A stretch of 64,000 nt of DNA, taken from contig CAXXGO010000001.1 of NCBI GenBank assembly GCA_963666835.2, positions 1,856,001 through 1,920,000 of the forward strand, written 5' to 3'. Positions 26,901 through 35,650 of the stretch are shown piece after piece; position 1 is the first letter of the stretch, and each line of letters begins with the position of its first letter. This DNA comes from Phycisphaerae bacterium (GTDB lineage: Bacteria > Planctomycetota > Phycisphaerae > UBA1845). The notes under the pieces are model-generated. The model ran no database searches. It was not told the origin of the DNA and was given only the letters and a program-made list of their open reading frames with translations. The position numbers and the translations under genes were made by a program.

Positions 26901-27519
26901 AACCGTCCACCCAGACTTGCGAATCCTGCAGCCGGCCGGCGCGGGGCAGGTGCTCCCGGGCCACTTCGAGTTGCTGGGACGGATCCAGACGACTGTCCCC
27001 GAGGTACTTCAGATACGCCGCGTAGATCAACCGGAGATCGTGCAGCTTGGCCGCCTGCGCGTTGTTCGTTCCTTCGACGGAGCTTGCCGGGACCGCCAGT
27101 TGCTCCGGCTCGATTGCCTCCTGGATAAGTTCGGCTATCGTCACCCCAAGCTGACCGATCAGCCCGCCGAACCTCTCCACCCGCCGGTAGTATTTAAGAC
27201 GCCCGGCCAGCCCGGCCGCCAAGTGGTGCAGGACCATCACGCGGGCCGATTCGGAAAGGGCCTGCCGTGGGGGGGCACCGGCCGCCTCCAGGATCTTCAA
27301 GGACAAGCGGCGGAACGAGAGCACCTCCGCGCGGTGGGCCGCGGCGATGTCCGGCGTCTGCAGGATCGCCCGTTCCATCTGCAACGCGGCCTGCTCGGGG
27401 ACCAGCAGGACCAGTCGGGGACCGTTGATCGGGTCTTCCCGCAACCGCTGCCGGATCCGCTCGAGACAGTGATGCGTCTTCCCCGTGCCTGCCCGACCGA
27501 TAATGAACCGCACTGCCAT
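23989..27519 (-). CDS. addB: ATP-dependent helicase/nuclease subunit AddB
   Basis: GRAGTGKT, LVPEQ, VDGF..F, SVSQLETYATCPFQYF, RGYIDRVD, IDYK, LQLPAY, and the Fe-S motif CSWC....VC. Confidence 0.93.
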   Translation of the reverse strand: MAVRFIIGRAGTGKTHHCLERIRQRLREDPINGPRLVLLVPEQAALQMERAILQTPDIAAAHRAEVLSFRRLSLKILEAAGAPPRQALSESARVMVLHHLAAGLAGRLKYYRRVERFGGLIGQLGVTIAELIQEAIEPEQLAVPASSVEGTNNAQAAKLHDLRLIYAAYLKYLGDSRLDPSQQLEVAREHLPRAGRLQDSQVWVDGFASFSGQEMRTLVALAAYCRDIDITLLADRASLSATRAPGSAGQPGALFRKTGRTYRDLHRTLTAAGVQVEEPRILEPPAPPRFTASKGLARLEDYLAGARPAHPAGPADGVELVELPNQRAEANYAVARVHDWVRRGKMRYRDVAVIVRDLGNYHDLLREAFESRNIPCFVDQRRPIAHHPLVELLRAAGAMAEHDLSLDSVRIALKTSLVDLAPDAADELENYLVAHGIEGLEAWRGDWTFLTRSSFTAEDKKEELSETETAYLQRVNETRRKLLQSLNPWLDFASRPEKHDGPAWANAIRSWLDRLNVAGLLKEWAELAESDGDVDQANEHEQVLRDVASFLDDLAFAFSETLLSTQELARVLDTGLAGLTLGLAPPMIDQVLIGSIERSRHPEIRAALIIGFNDGVFPRSATEGPILNDDDRTLLRGNGVRVTGPTRERLLDETLLAYVAVTRAAETCVLTYSTTDSDGKELRPSPYVATLREALPGLSSKAVSTGDQSREMWDILTMRDLAGRLVSEFRSRPSRDMDAPDTRTRWNGLYDRVRGRISEEPGFCRALSSLGQPSGAALSPRSIERLLAGPFRTSVSQLETYATCPFQYFAKYMLRLRERAEAVLAPVDVGQVHHAILEDLVRNLTGRHQALGGLSEEELLSNLTESCHRVALRLPDRGVLSNARQTYELRRSAARIGRILRAQRDISRAGVSKPRSAELPFGVEAPGSLPAVELSTPAGRRVFLRGYIDRVDLAEVGDELLGVVIDYKRTVDKRLKLAEVYHGLSLQLPAYLLALAERGETLAGRPIRPIAALYVSLTPTYDVVDGPESTDSPDALLSGVARPRGLVNIDGLSALDSSAGTGRSEFFSVYVKKDGSLGHVDSGDGADAESFQAVLDHTRLKLGELADGILDGCITVKPYRLGTFSPCSWCTMSGVCHFEMGLSDVRFLESLKRSEIFRILTREPGKTKKKPNGNPA

Positions 27520-27786
27520 GACCGACGGTTGATATCACACGGAAAGCTGCTGGTCAATCAGGATCCCGATCCGACATCCGCCTGATCGGGTTTCAAGCGG
27601 TCCTTGCTGAAGCCCACTGACGATACAAAGCACCCCGCGATCACATCTCTCGCCGCAGGTGTCGACCGGTGAAGATGGGCTCATGAGACGAAGGAAGCGA
27701 CCCGGTCAGGCGTTTGCAAAGCGTTCGGCGAGCGTATAAAAGCTGTGCTCTTGACGCACAATCGGACAAGGTAGCGGGAGACTCGC

Positions 27787-29337
27787 ATGGAGAAGATCGC
27801 GGGGAAGAAGTCGTTCGGGCAGCAGGTGGCCAGTCTGCCCGCCAACTTCTGGTATGCGAACCTGATGGAGACGTTCGAGCGCCTCGCGTTCTACGCGGTG
27901 CGGGCAATTACACCGTTGTACCTTGTGGCCTCAGCGGGCCAGGGCGGCCTCGGGCTCGATTACGAACAGAAGGCGATCATCTACGGCGTTTGGGCGCTTC
28001 TGCAGTGTATCATTCCGATGGTCTCCGGGGGGTACACTGAGCGGTACGGGTATCGAAGTAGCTTGGCCGTCGCGTTCATTATCAACACTCTGGGCTACCT
28101 GTGCATGGCCCAGTCCAAGCCCATTGCTGATTCTCTCATTGGACGCGGGTGGGAAGGGGCCAACTTCTGGGTTTTCATGGCGGCCGCTTGTCTGATTGCC
28201 ACGGGTACGGCGATCTTCAAACCGCCGGTCCACGGGACCATCGCCAAGACTACCGACGAAGAGACCTCGTCATTGGGTTGGGGGATCTTCTATGAAGTGG
28301 TCAATATCGGCGGGGCTTTCGGGCCGATTGCGGCGGCGATGCTCCGCGTGGAGATCGACTGGGACAACGTGTTCTACTTCGCGGCGATTGTGACTGCCGC
28401 CAATTTCCTTCCGGCCTTTCTCCTTTACAGGGAGCCGGCGAAGACGCCCCCCGAGGAGGGCTCGCTCGAGCAGGCGGGGCCCTTCGGCGTATTCGTCTCG
28501 TCGATCGCAACGATTGCCCAGGACCTCCGTCTGGTCGTCTTTCTTGGGATATTCTCATGCTTCTGGCTGATGTTCATGCAGCTTTGGGACCTGTTGCCGA
28601 ACTTCATCGACGAGTGGGTGGATACGTCGGCGGTTGCGTCCTACTTCTCTTGGTTCAGCGACGGATGGGTGCTGGCCAGCGGGCAGGTGAAGCCCGAGAT
28701 GATCATCAACATCGACGCGATCTCGATCATCATCCTAGTCATTCCGATTTCCTGGCTGATCGGCCGAATCAACAAGGTTGCGGCGATGATCATCGGCATG
28801 TTGATATCGCTGGTCGGCTTCGTTGGAGCTGGGGCGACGAGCGTCGGATTGTTCTGCTGCCTGATGGTCTTCGTCTTTTCCATCGGCGAGATGGTATGTA
28901 GTCCAACGTTCAGTGCGTACGTCGGCTTGATAGCGCCAAAGGACAAGAAGGCGCTCTATATGGGCTACTCCAACATCCCGTACGCAATCGGCTGGACCGT
29001 CGGCGGAATACTTGGTGGATACATCTACGAGGAGATTGGCAACAAGACGAGGTTGGCCAGGCAGTACATGGTTGACCACTTGCAGATGGACCCGGCCGTC
29101 GTGCTTGACGAAGCGCAACTTCCTAAAGAGCAGGTCATGGAGACGATGGCCCAGGCGATGAATGGCGGCGCCGGCGTGACGGTAAATGAAGCGACGAAGG
29201 TGCTCTGGGATCTGCATAATCCGCAAATGGTCTGGTATTACCTCGGTGCCGTTGGATTAGCCGGGACGATTGGGATGATCCTGTTCTACTTCGTAACGGC
29301 GCGCGGGCGGGCGAGGGGATTGGAACCTGAGGAATAG
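27787..29337 (+). CDS. MFS transporter, POT/PTR-like
   Basis: METFERLAFY (ExxER), GTAIFKP, FYEVVNIGG, GEMVCSP, YMGYSN; about 12-13 TM segments. Confidence 0.88.
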   Translation: MEKIAGKKSFGQQVASLPANFWYANLMETFERLAFYAVRAITPLYLVASAGQGGLGLDYEQKAIIYGVWALLQCIIPMVSGGYTERYGYRSSLAVAFIINTLGYLCMAQSKPIADSLIGRGWEGANFWVFMAAACLIATGTAIFKPPVHGTIAKTTDEETSSLGWGIFYEVVNIGGAFGPIAAAMLRVEIDWDNVFYFAAIVTAANFLPAFLLYREPAKTPPEEGSLEQAGPFGVFVSSIATIAQDLRLVVFLGIFSCFWLMFMQLWDLLPNFIDEWVDTSAVASYFSWFSDGWVLASGQVKPEMIINIDAISIIILVIPISWLIGRINKVAAMIIGMLISLVGFVGAGATSVGLFCCLMVFVFSIGEMVCSPTFSAYVGLIAPKDKKALYMGYSNIPYAIGWTVGGILGGYIYEEIGNKTRLARQYMVDHLQMDPAVVLDEAQLPKEQVMETMAQAMNGGAGVTVNEATKVLWDLHNPQMVWYYLGAVGLAGTIGMILFYFVTARGRARGLEPEE

Positions 29338-29475
29338 AGTCTGCGCGGCGGCAAAGCGTTGGAGTGGTATCTCGCGCGCAGCCGGTATCTGCTGAAGCTA
29401 CGACCGCGACGGATGAGTGCGAGACGACGGTGAGAGGACCCGATGCGGGCACGCCGCACTTGGCGTGACCGCCTG

Positions 29476-31497
29476 ATGGAGATTCGACCTGTGGCGAGTT
29501 TACCAAACGATGAGCTGTTGAGTCCGGGGCTGGGCGACTTTGGCCGAAACGGGCGGTCCGGGGAGATTCTCGGGCATCCGACGTGCCTCTTTACGCTGTT
29601 CTTTGCCGAGATGTGGGAGCGGTTCAGCTTCTACGGCATGAAGGCACTGCTCATCTTGTATATGGTCAATTACTTGTTCTGGCGGCAGGCGGACGCGTCG
29701 CACGTTTTCGCCTGGTACGCCGGTTTGGTCTACGCCACACCCGTGCTCGGCGGCATGATCGCCGACCGGTGGCTCGGCGCTCGGTGGTCCGTCGTGATCG
29801 GCGGAGTGATCATCGCCATCGGGCACTTCCTTCTGGCGTTCGAGCCGATGCCGTTCTTCTATTCCGGGCTCGGTTGCCTGATCGTTGGAACGGGGTTTCT
29901 CAAGCCTAACATCTCTACGCAAGTCGGGGCGCTCTATCGCCAGAGTGACGAACGTCGCGATAGCGCGTTTACGATTTTCTACATGGGCATCAACTTAGGG
30001 GCGCTGGCCGGCCCGATTGTCTGCGGCTGGCTCCAACTCTCTTACGGATATCATTACGGCTTCGCGGCCGCCGGCGTAGGCATGGTGGCCGGGCTGATAG
30101 TCTATATCGCCGGGATGGGTTCGGTCGTCCGCCGGTCGGATCAGATTGTCGCCGAGGACGAGGCTGGCGAGTCGGATCCCCAAGAGCCTGCGGCGCCGGC
30201 CGTGTCGCACAAGGTCGTCGTTGATCGTTGCGTCGTTCTGGTGGTTATCTGCGTGTTCGCAATCCTGTTCTGGGTTGGCTTCGAGCAGGCCGCCAACGTC
30301 ATGAACCTCTGGGCGGACCAGCACACGAACATGCACATCTTCCACGGCGAAGCACCGGCCACGGTCGTGCCGGACGCCAATGCGGCCGTCAGCGATCTGG
30401 CCGTCGGTCCGACAACGCCCACGGGCGATACGTGGAAGGACTGGCGGATGGGCGCCGCGATGACACAGTCGATCAATCCGCTGTTCATCGTTACGCTGGC
30501 GGCGGTTTTCGCCTGGTTCTGGCAATACCTCGAGCGACGTAAGTGCCAGCCGTCTACGCCGTTCAAAATGGCGTTCGGTTTCTTCTTCTTGTCGGTGGCG
30601 TATGGGATTCTGCTGCTGGCCGTACAGGCGGAAGGTCGCGGGACCAGCGCGCCGCTGGCGGTGATGCCGGCCGGGATAAGCGTCGACGAGGACGGAACGG
30701 TCCACAGCATGATCCCGACCGCCGGCGGTGGGTTGGAGCGCGAGGATTACGGCGCGACTCGCCTGAAGTGGGCGGATGGTACGTTGAAGATGAACGGCGT
30801 GCTCAGTGATCTCGATTGGATGCGGGCGTTGGGGCAGTCGGCGACGGCCATCCATAAGGACACGATCGACGAGCTCGCCAAGCTGGCCGAGGAGCGCCTT
30901 GAAGAAGTCAAGGCCGCCAAACGCGCCGGGGAGATGGCCCGCGACGCTACGTGGGAGGTGCAGATTACCGTCCCGGACGAAGCGGGTGAGATTCGCCCGA
31001 CGACGGGCCTGCCGAAGCACGTGTTCGGTCGCGAGGAGAAGTACGTGGTCGATTGGGATCCCGACACGCGGGTGCTGACGGTGACTGATACGTTGACGGA
31101 CCGGGACAAGGCCCAGTTGCTCGCGGCCGGTGCCGATCCGCACTTCCGCGACGCCTTAACCAAGATCTTCGAAGAGTCGTCGGTTCTCAAGGTCTCGATC
31201 ATCTGGCTGTTGGCGTTCTACATGGTGCTGACCATTGGTGAGCTTTGTCTGTCGCCGGTCGGACTTTCGCTGGTGACCAAGGCCGCGCCGCCCAAGTATG
31301 TAGGTCTGTTCATGGGTCTGTGGTTCTTCACTACCGGTTTCATCGCCAACTACGCCGCCCATACCGTCGGCGGCATGTGGGGCACGATGACCCCGAGCGC
31401 CTACTTCATGATCTTTGGAATCGTCGGGATCTTCGCCACAGTGCTGATGCTGCTGCTCCTTCGCGTCCTCAAGCCGATGCTGCACGGCGTGCATTGA
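29476..31497 (+). CDS. Proton-dependent oligopeptide (POT/PTR) transporter with a large extramembrane insertion
   Basis: GHP, EMWERFSFYGM, GFLKPNIS, FTIFYMGINLG, FEQA, QSINP, GELCLSPVGLS. The start may be the GTG at 29491. Confidence 0.93.
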   Translation: MEIRPVASLPNDELLSPGLGDFGRNGRSGEILGHPTCLFTLFFAEMWERFSFYGMKALLILYMVNYLFWRQADASHVFAWYAGLVYATPVLGGMIADRWLGARWSVVIGGVIIAIGHFLLAFEPMPFFYSGLGCLIVGTGFLKPNISTQVGALYRQSDERRDSAFTIFYMGINLGALAGPIVCGWLQLSYGYHYGFAAAGVGMVAGLIVYIAGMGSVVRRSDQIVAEDEAGESDPQEPAAPAVSHKVVVDRCVVLVVICVFAILFWVGFEQAANVMNLWADQHTNMHIFHGEAPATVVPDANAAVSDLAVGPTTPTGDTWKDWRMGAAMTQSINPLFIVTLAAVFAWFWQYLERRKCQPSTPFKMAFGFFFLSVAYGILLLAVQAEGRGTSAPLAVMPAGISVDEDGTVHSMIPTAGGGLEREDYGATRLKWADGTLKMNGVLSDLDWMRALGQSATAIHKDTIDELAKLAEERLEEVKAAKRAGEMARDATWEVQITVPDEAGEIRPTTGLPKHVFGREEKYVVDWDPDTRVLTVTDTLTDRDKAQLLAAGADPHFRDALTKIFEESSVLKVSIIWLLAFYMVLTIGELCLSPVGLSLVTKAAPPKYVGLFMGLWFFTTGFIANYAAHTVGGMWGTMTPSAYFMIFGIVGIFATVLMLLLLRVLKPMLHGVH

Positions 31498-31541
31498 CGG
31501 CGCCGGCCTGTTGAAGCAGGGCGGAACTGCGGTGTGCGACG

Positions 31542-31665
31542 AGTTCCGTAGGGCAGGTCGAGGTACGAGACCTGCCGCGAAGGGTGTGGTATGCAATCAG
31601 TACCGCAAGCGTCAGCGACCGGCCGTCATCAGTTCCGTAGGGCAGGTCGAGGTACGAGACCTGCC
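31542..31665 (+). repeat. Two exact 35-bp GTAG-type REP-like palindromes (89-bp period)
   Basis: AGTTCCGTAGGGCAGGTCGAGGTACGAGACCTGCC at 31542-31576 and 31631-31665, with stem GGCAGGTC/GACCTGCC. Confidence 0.88.
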
Positions 31666-31731
31666 ACGATGGGGCATGTCATACAAAGGCGTGAGAGACG
31701 CGGCATTTGAGAAGTAGGTGGGTGTAGACCC

Positions 31732-32349
31732 ATGCTCAGAATCACCGATATGTGCGAACAGTGCGACGTGTTGATCGAGCACAGCTTCCACCTTTGGCTT
31801 ACGATTAGATACGAAGAGCCGGGTTGTTCAGATGCGGTCTATTGGGTGGCCGGTGACAGACACCGGACATTGCTCGAGGTAGTGATCGACGCTTCGTCAA
31901 GACGCATTAATAGGATTGTTTTGGTGTTGGTGGAGGATGTGCGCCCGTTGGCGGATGGCGAGTGGCTCACTGCGACTCGGCATGGCCCCCCGGCATGTCC
32001 CGTGTGCGATATGAGCTGCTGGCCGCCCAGCAGCGTGAGAGAAGATTGGGAAGCAGACATCGTCCTGCTCTTGGGTGCGGACAGGCTGGTTCTGGGCGTC
32101 CCGGATCGCATGGCAAATGGAGAATGGCACCAGTACGACAGAGTTGGCTATTGCCTCGGCGGCGACGGGGAGTTCTTCGGGATTCGCGTGGACGGAATAG
32201 GCAAAGACGAAATGAACGAGATCCAAGAGGCAGTGTCACGCATGCGGATCCAGAGAGACGAGACCGAAGAGGGCGATTCGGCGGATGAAACCCACCGTGG
32301 CGCGCTCGGCCGGATGGCCCATATCCTCCGGAGATGGAGGAGACGATAA
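31732..32349 (+). CDS. Hypothetical protein flanked by REP-like repeats
   Basis: 205-aa ATG-initiated ORF filling an intergenic gap; no recognisable motif. Confidence 0.6.
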   Translation: MLRITDMCEQCDVLIEHSFHLWLTIRYEEPGCSDAVYWVAGDRHRTLLEVVIDASSRRINRIVLVLVEDVRPLADGEWLTATRHGPPACPVCDMSCWPPSSVREDWEADIVLLLGADRLVLGVPDRMANGEWHQYDRVGYCLGGDGEFFGIRVDGIGKDEMNEIQEAVSRMRIQRDETEEGDSADETHRGALGRMAHILRRWRRR

Positions 32350-32370
32350 CCATCGTATTCAGCTTCGCAC

Positions 32371-32432
32371 GGTCGAGGCACGAGACCTGCCGCAACGGCG
32401 CGCGAAGACATGCCTACATGCCGGGGCAGGTC
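32371..32432 (+). repeat. Degenerate copies of the 31542 REP-like unit
   Basis: GGTCGAGGCACGAGACCTGCC at 32371-32391 and GGGGCAGGTC at 32423-32432. Confidence 0.65.
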
Positions 32433-32451
32433 ACTGTTACCTTCTCCTGTA

Positions 32452-35400
32452 TCAGTACGGACCCTCGCCGGGGCGCCGGTCATCGTGGTCTTCCGCGCCG
32501 GTCTCCTCGTCGTCGTCAAGCCCGGCAGGTCCGTTCGGTGGTGACGACGGTGTGTCTTCGGGGTCAGTGATGCAGCCGTTTTCGTCTTCCGGTGTCGGGG
32601 TTTCTTCGTATGGCGACAGAGAGTCCGTCGGCGGATGGAGGCGGAACATTCCCTGGTCAGGCGCCTCGGGCTCGGGTTCGGGAGCGACGTTGTCCGATCG
32701 ATCTTCGCTGCGCGGCGGAAGAGTCGGAATCTCAGGGAGCTTGTGCAAGACGGACGGCGGGGCGGGTGAGCCATCATCCATCGGCGCCAATAGCTCCTCG
32801 ATGTCCCGGCGATCATCGTCATCCGTTGTTTCAAAGCTCTCGGCCTCGGCAGAGTCGAGCGATTCACTGCTCTGCGAATTCGAAGGCGGCTCCTGATCAT
32901 CGGGCTTAAGGCTAATGTCCGACCCGTCCCGGTGGTCTTTCATATCATCCGGGGGCGGATAGGCGTCTTCCTGTTCGTCGCTTGGTGGCGCCGGCTCGGC
33001 GCTGGAGTCTCCCACAGTCACAGTTGGTGCGGACTCTTCCGTACCTGCGTCCTGCTCAACCGGTGCCGCGGGTTCGGCATCTGCCTCGGCGTCGCCGTCG
33101 GTGGTAGGAACTTCGGCGATAGTGGGCCTGCCCCATTTCTCCTCATCGGAGAGGTCTTCGTTCGGACTGGCCGGTTCCGCTTCGGTTGGTTCGTGGGATT
33201 CTATGGCAGAGTCTTCTCCGAGCGCGTGTTCCTCTTCCGTTGCCGTAACGCCGCCGGCGAACGTGCCGTCCGCAGCAGGCTCGTTCGCATCAACGTGACC
33301 CGGTTTGCGGACCTGCCACGCGTAGGGGGCGTCGCCACCTTCGTCGAATGTACCGGCCGTGCCGTCGGCGGAGGGCTCATCCGCCTCACTTGGCCGGCTC
33401 GACTCGTCGGACTCCTCCGGCTCAACCGGGTCGGACGCCTCGTACTGATCGCGATCCAACATCGCGCCGTCCGCGGGCGGACCGTCATCGGTCTCTGCGT
33501 CGGGCGGCGGCTCCGGCGGCAAAGTGGGAACAACGGGTACCACAGGAACTACGGCGACATCGCCTTCCGGTGGCAGGGTGATCGGCGGTTGCCTGCGCGC
33601 ACACCACCAGAGCCAGATGGCCAGTGGGATAAACGGCAGCATGGGCAGAGCGTCCCACCATGCGTCGCCGAGGCCCCACTTCTCGGGCACCGCATCGAAG
33701 CGGGCCATGATCCACGGGCCGAGGTGGGCCGGCGACACGGGTTCCTCCACGCCGCCTTCGAGCGGGTTGGCCCATCTCGGGCTACTCCACCACCATGAGA
33801 TAAACGCGGTGATTCCGGCTAATGCAACTCCGATCAGTCCCTGGCCCGCCACGAGACCGGATGCCGTCAGCACTCCGGGGTCATGCTCGGTTTGGCTCTT
33901 CTTCCGGCGGTCGATCAGCCAGCGGATAAGCCCGCCGACCATGATCGGAGTAGAGAGGCCCAACGGTAGGTACATACCGACGGCGAACGGCAACGCCGGC
34001 AGGCCGAGCATCTCGACGATGACCGCTGCGGCTCCGCCGATCATGATGAGAGTCCACGGAACCTGTCCGCCCAGGACCCCGTCGACCAGGATCTTCATGA
34101 TGTTAGCTTGATAGGCGGGCAAGGGGTGGGGGTGGTCGGGGGTTTCGACGAAGCCGTGGGTGTTGTTCAGGAGCAACAGAAGTCCGGCGATTGCTACCAC
34201 TGAGGTAAGCACCCCGATCATCTCTCCGCCTTGCTGCTTGTAGGGGGTGGCTTTCACCAGGAAACCGGTCTTGAGGTCTTGTGATGTATCTCCGGCGATC
34301 GACAGGGCGATGCACACAATCGCCCCTACCGACAGGCAGGTCAGCTTAAGTGCCAGAAGATCGGCATCCGCCATCTCGCCGGCCTTGTCCAATACAAAGA
34401 ACTTGAACACCAACGCCGTACCCAGTAAGGTGGCGATGGTCATCCCGGAGATCGGGTTCGACGAGCTGCCCACGATTCCGACCAGCCGGGCCGAGACTGT
34501 GACGAAGAAGAAACTGAACACCAGCACCGCAATCACGCCGACGGAGTTGAGCCCGATCTCGTCGAAGTGCCACATGGCGTAACCGAGCCCGGCAATAATG
34601 AGCACCAAGAGCGGGAAGGGAAAGTCCCTCTCCGTCCGGGCACGTTTACCCCGCCCGAAGGTGAATACGCCGACAATCACATGCCAGAGCGACGCCCCGA
34701 TGGTGCCGAAGCTCTTGAACAAGGAGATCAGTCCACCGATTGCCACCGCTCCGGCACCAATGTAGCGCACGTAGCTTTCATAGATGTCGTCCGGCGTCAT
34801 GCTCGCAATCGGCGCGGTGGTTTCCGGGAACACGGGCTGCTCGGCTCCGGCGCCGAAGAACCCGATAGCGGGGATGACAATGAACCAAGAGAGCAACGCC
34901 CCGCCCAGCATGTAGGCCGCCACCCGGACTCCGAGGATGTACCCAACACCCAGCAGCGCCGGGGAAGCGTCAAGCTGCGCTTCAGTGCGAAAACGCGCGA
35001 GGGAGACTCTTCCCGTTTCCTTCCAGACGCCCAGCAGCGCGAACAGATAATACACTCCGCCGACCACTGCACCGGCGATCACGGACTTGGCTCCGGTTCC
35101 ACCCCTTTCGCCGGATTGCAGAACCTCGGCGCAGGCAACGCCTTCGGGGAAGGGTAGGGTGCCGTGTTCCTTGACGATGAGCACCTGGCGCAACGGCACC
35201 ATGAAACACACCCCGAGCAGACCGCCAATCGCCCCCCACAAAACCATCTCCAGGTATGCCGGACTGCTGCCCATGATAAACAGTGCGGGAAGCGTGAAGA
35301 TCATCCCGGCCGCTACGCACTCGCCGGCCGAGCCGACGGTCTGCACCATGTTGCTCTCGAGCAGCGTGCCCCCGTGGAGGACTTTCCGCATGACCAGAAG

Positions 35401-35532
35401 CGCCACCACGGCCGCAGGGATGGAAGCGCTGATCGTCATACCGACTTTCAGCCCGACGAAGGCGTTTGCGGCGGCGAGCAGAGCTCCGATCAGCACGCCG
35501 AGAAGGACGGCTCGAAAAGAGAATTCGCGCAT
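32452..35532 (-). CDS. OPT-family oligopeptide transporter with a ~380-aa acidic/Pro-rich C-terminal tail
   Basis: REFSFRA, GLKVGMTISASIP, ESNMVQT, LPFPEG, NPISGMTIAT, SQDLKTG, PAYQAN, GMYLP. Confidence 0.93.
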   Translation of the reverse strand: MREFSFRAVLLGVLIGALLAAANAFVGLKVGMTISASIPAAVVALLVMRKVLHGGTLLESNMVQTVGSAGECVAAGMIFTLPALFIMGSSPAYLEMVLWGAIGGLLGVCFMVPLRQVLIVKEHGTLPFPEGVACAEVLQSGERGGTGAKSVIAGAVVGGVYYLFALLGVWKETGRVSLARFRTEAQLDASPALLGVGYILGVRVAAYMLGGALLSWFIVIPAIGFFGAGAEQPVFPETTAPIASMTPDDIYESYVRYIGAGAVAIGGLISLFKSFGTIGASLWHVIVGVFTFGRGKRARTERDFPFPLLVLIIAGLGYAMWHFDEIGLNSVGVIAVLVFSFFFVTVSARLVGIVGSSSNPISGMTIATLLGTALVFKFFVLDKAGEMADADLLALKLTCLSVGAIVCIALSIAGDTSQDLKTGFLVKATPYKQQGGEMIGVLTSVVAIAGLLLLLNNTHGFVETPDHPHPLPAYQANIMKILVDGVLGGQVPWTLIMIGGAAAVIVEMLGLPALPFAVGMYLPLGLSTPIMVGGLIRWLIDRRKKSQTEHDPGVLTASGLVAGQGLIGVALAGITAFISWWWSSPRWANPLEGGVEEPVSPAHLGPWIMARFDAVPEKWGLGDAWWDALPMLPFIPLAIWLWWCARRQPPITLPPEGDVAVVPVVPVVPTLPPEPPPDAETDDGPPADGAMLDRDQYEASDPVEPEESDESSRPSEADEPSADGTAGTFDEGGDAPYAWQVRKPGHVDANEPAADGTFAGGVTATEEEHALGEDSAIESHEPTEAEPASPNEDLSDEEKWGRPTIAEVPTTDGDAEADAEPAAPVEQDAGTEESAPTVTVGDSSAEPAPPSDEQEDAYPPPDDMKDHRDGSDISLKPDDQEPPSNSQSSESLDSAEAESFETTDDDDRRDIEELLAPMDDGSPAPPSVLHKLPEIPTLPPRSEDRSDNVAPEPEPEAPDQGMFRLHPPTDSLSPYEETPTPEDENGCITDPEDTPSSPPNGPAGLDDDEETGAEDHDDRRPGEGPY

Positions 35533-35650
35533 CGTAGTCCTTTCCTGCACTTGGGACCGGCGGTTCAGCCGGGAAGCGGGATTGCATCCGATCGCACCCG
35601 CCGTCACATTATACCAGAATTCACCTGGTAAGGAGTGTAAGGTCTTGTGC

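Noticed and set aside
31542..31665. Possible CRISPR array (35-bp exact repeats)
   Set aside because: Only two full copies with a 54-bp gap, a REP-like GTAG-hairpin structure, and no cas genes.
35087..35650. N-terminal extension of the 432-aa methyltransferase ORF
   Set aside because: Antisense to the OPT gene; the methyltransferase plausibly starts at 35651.
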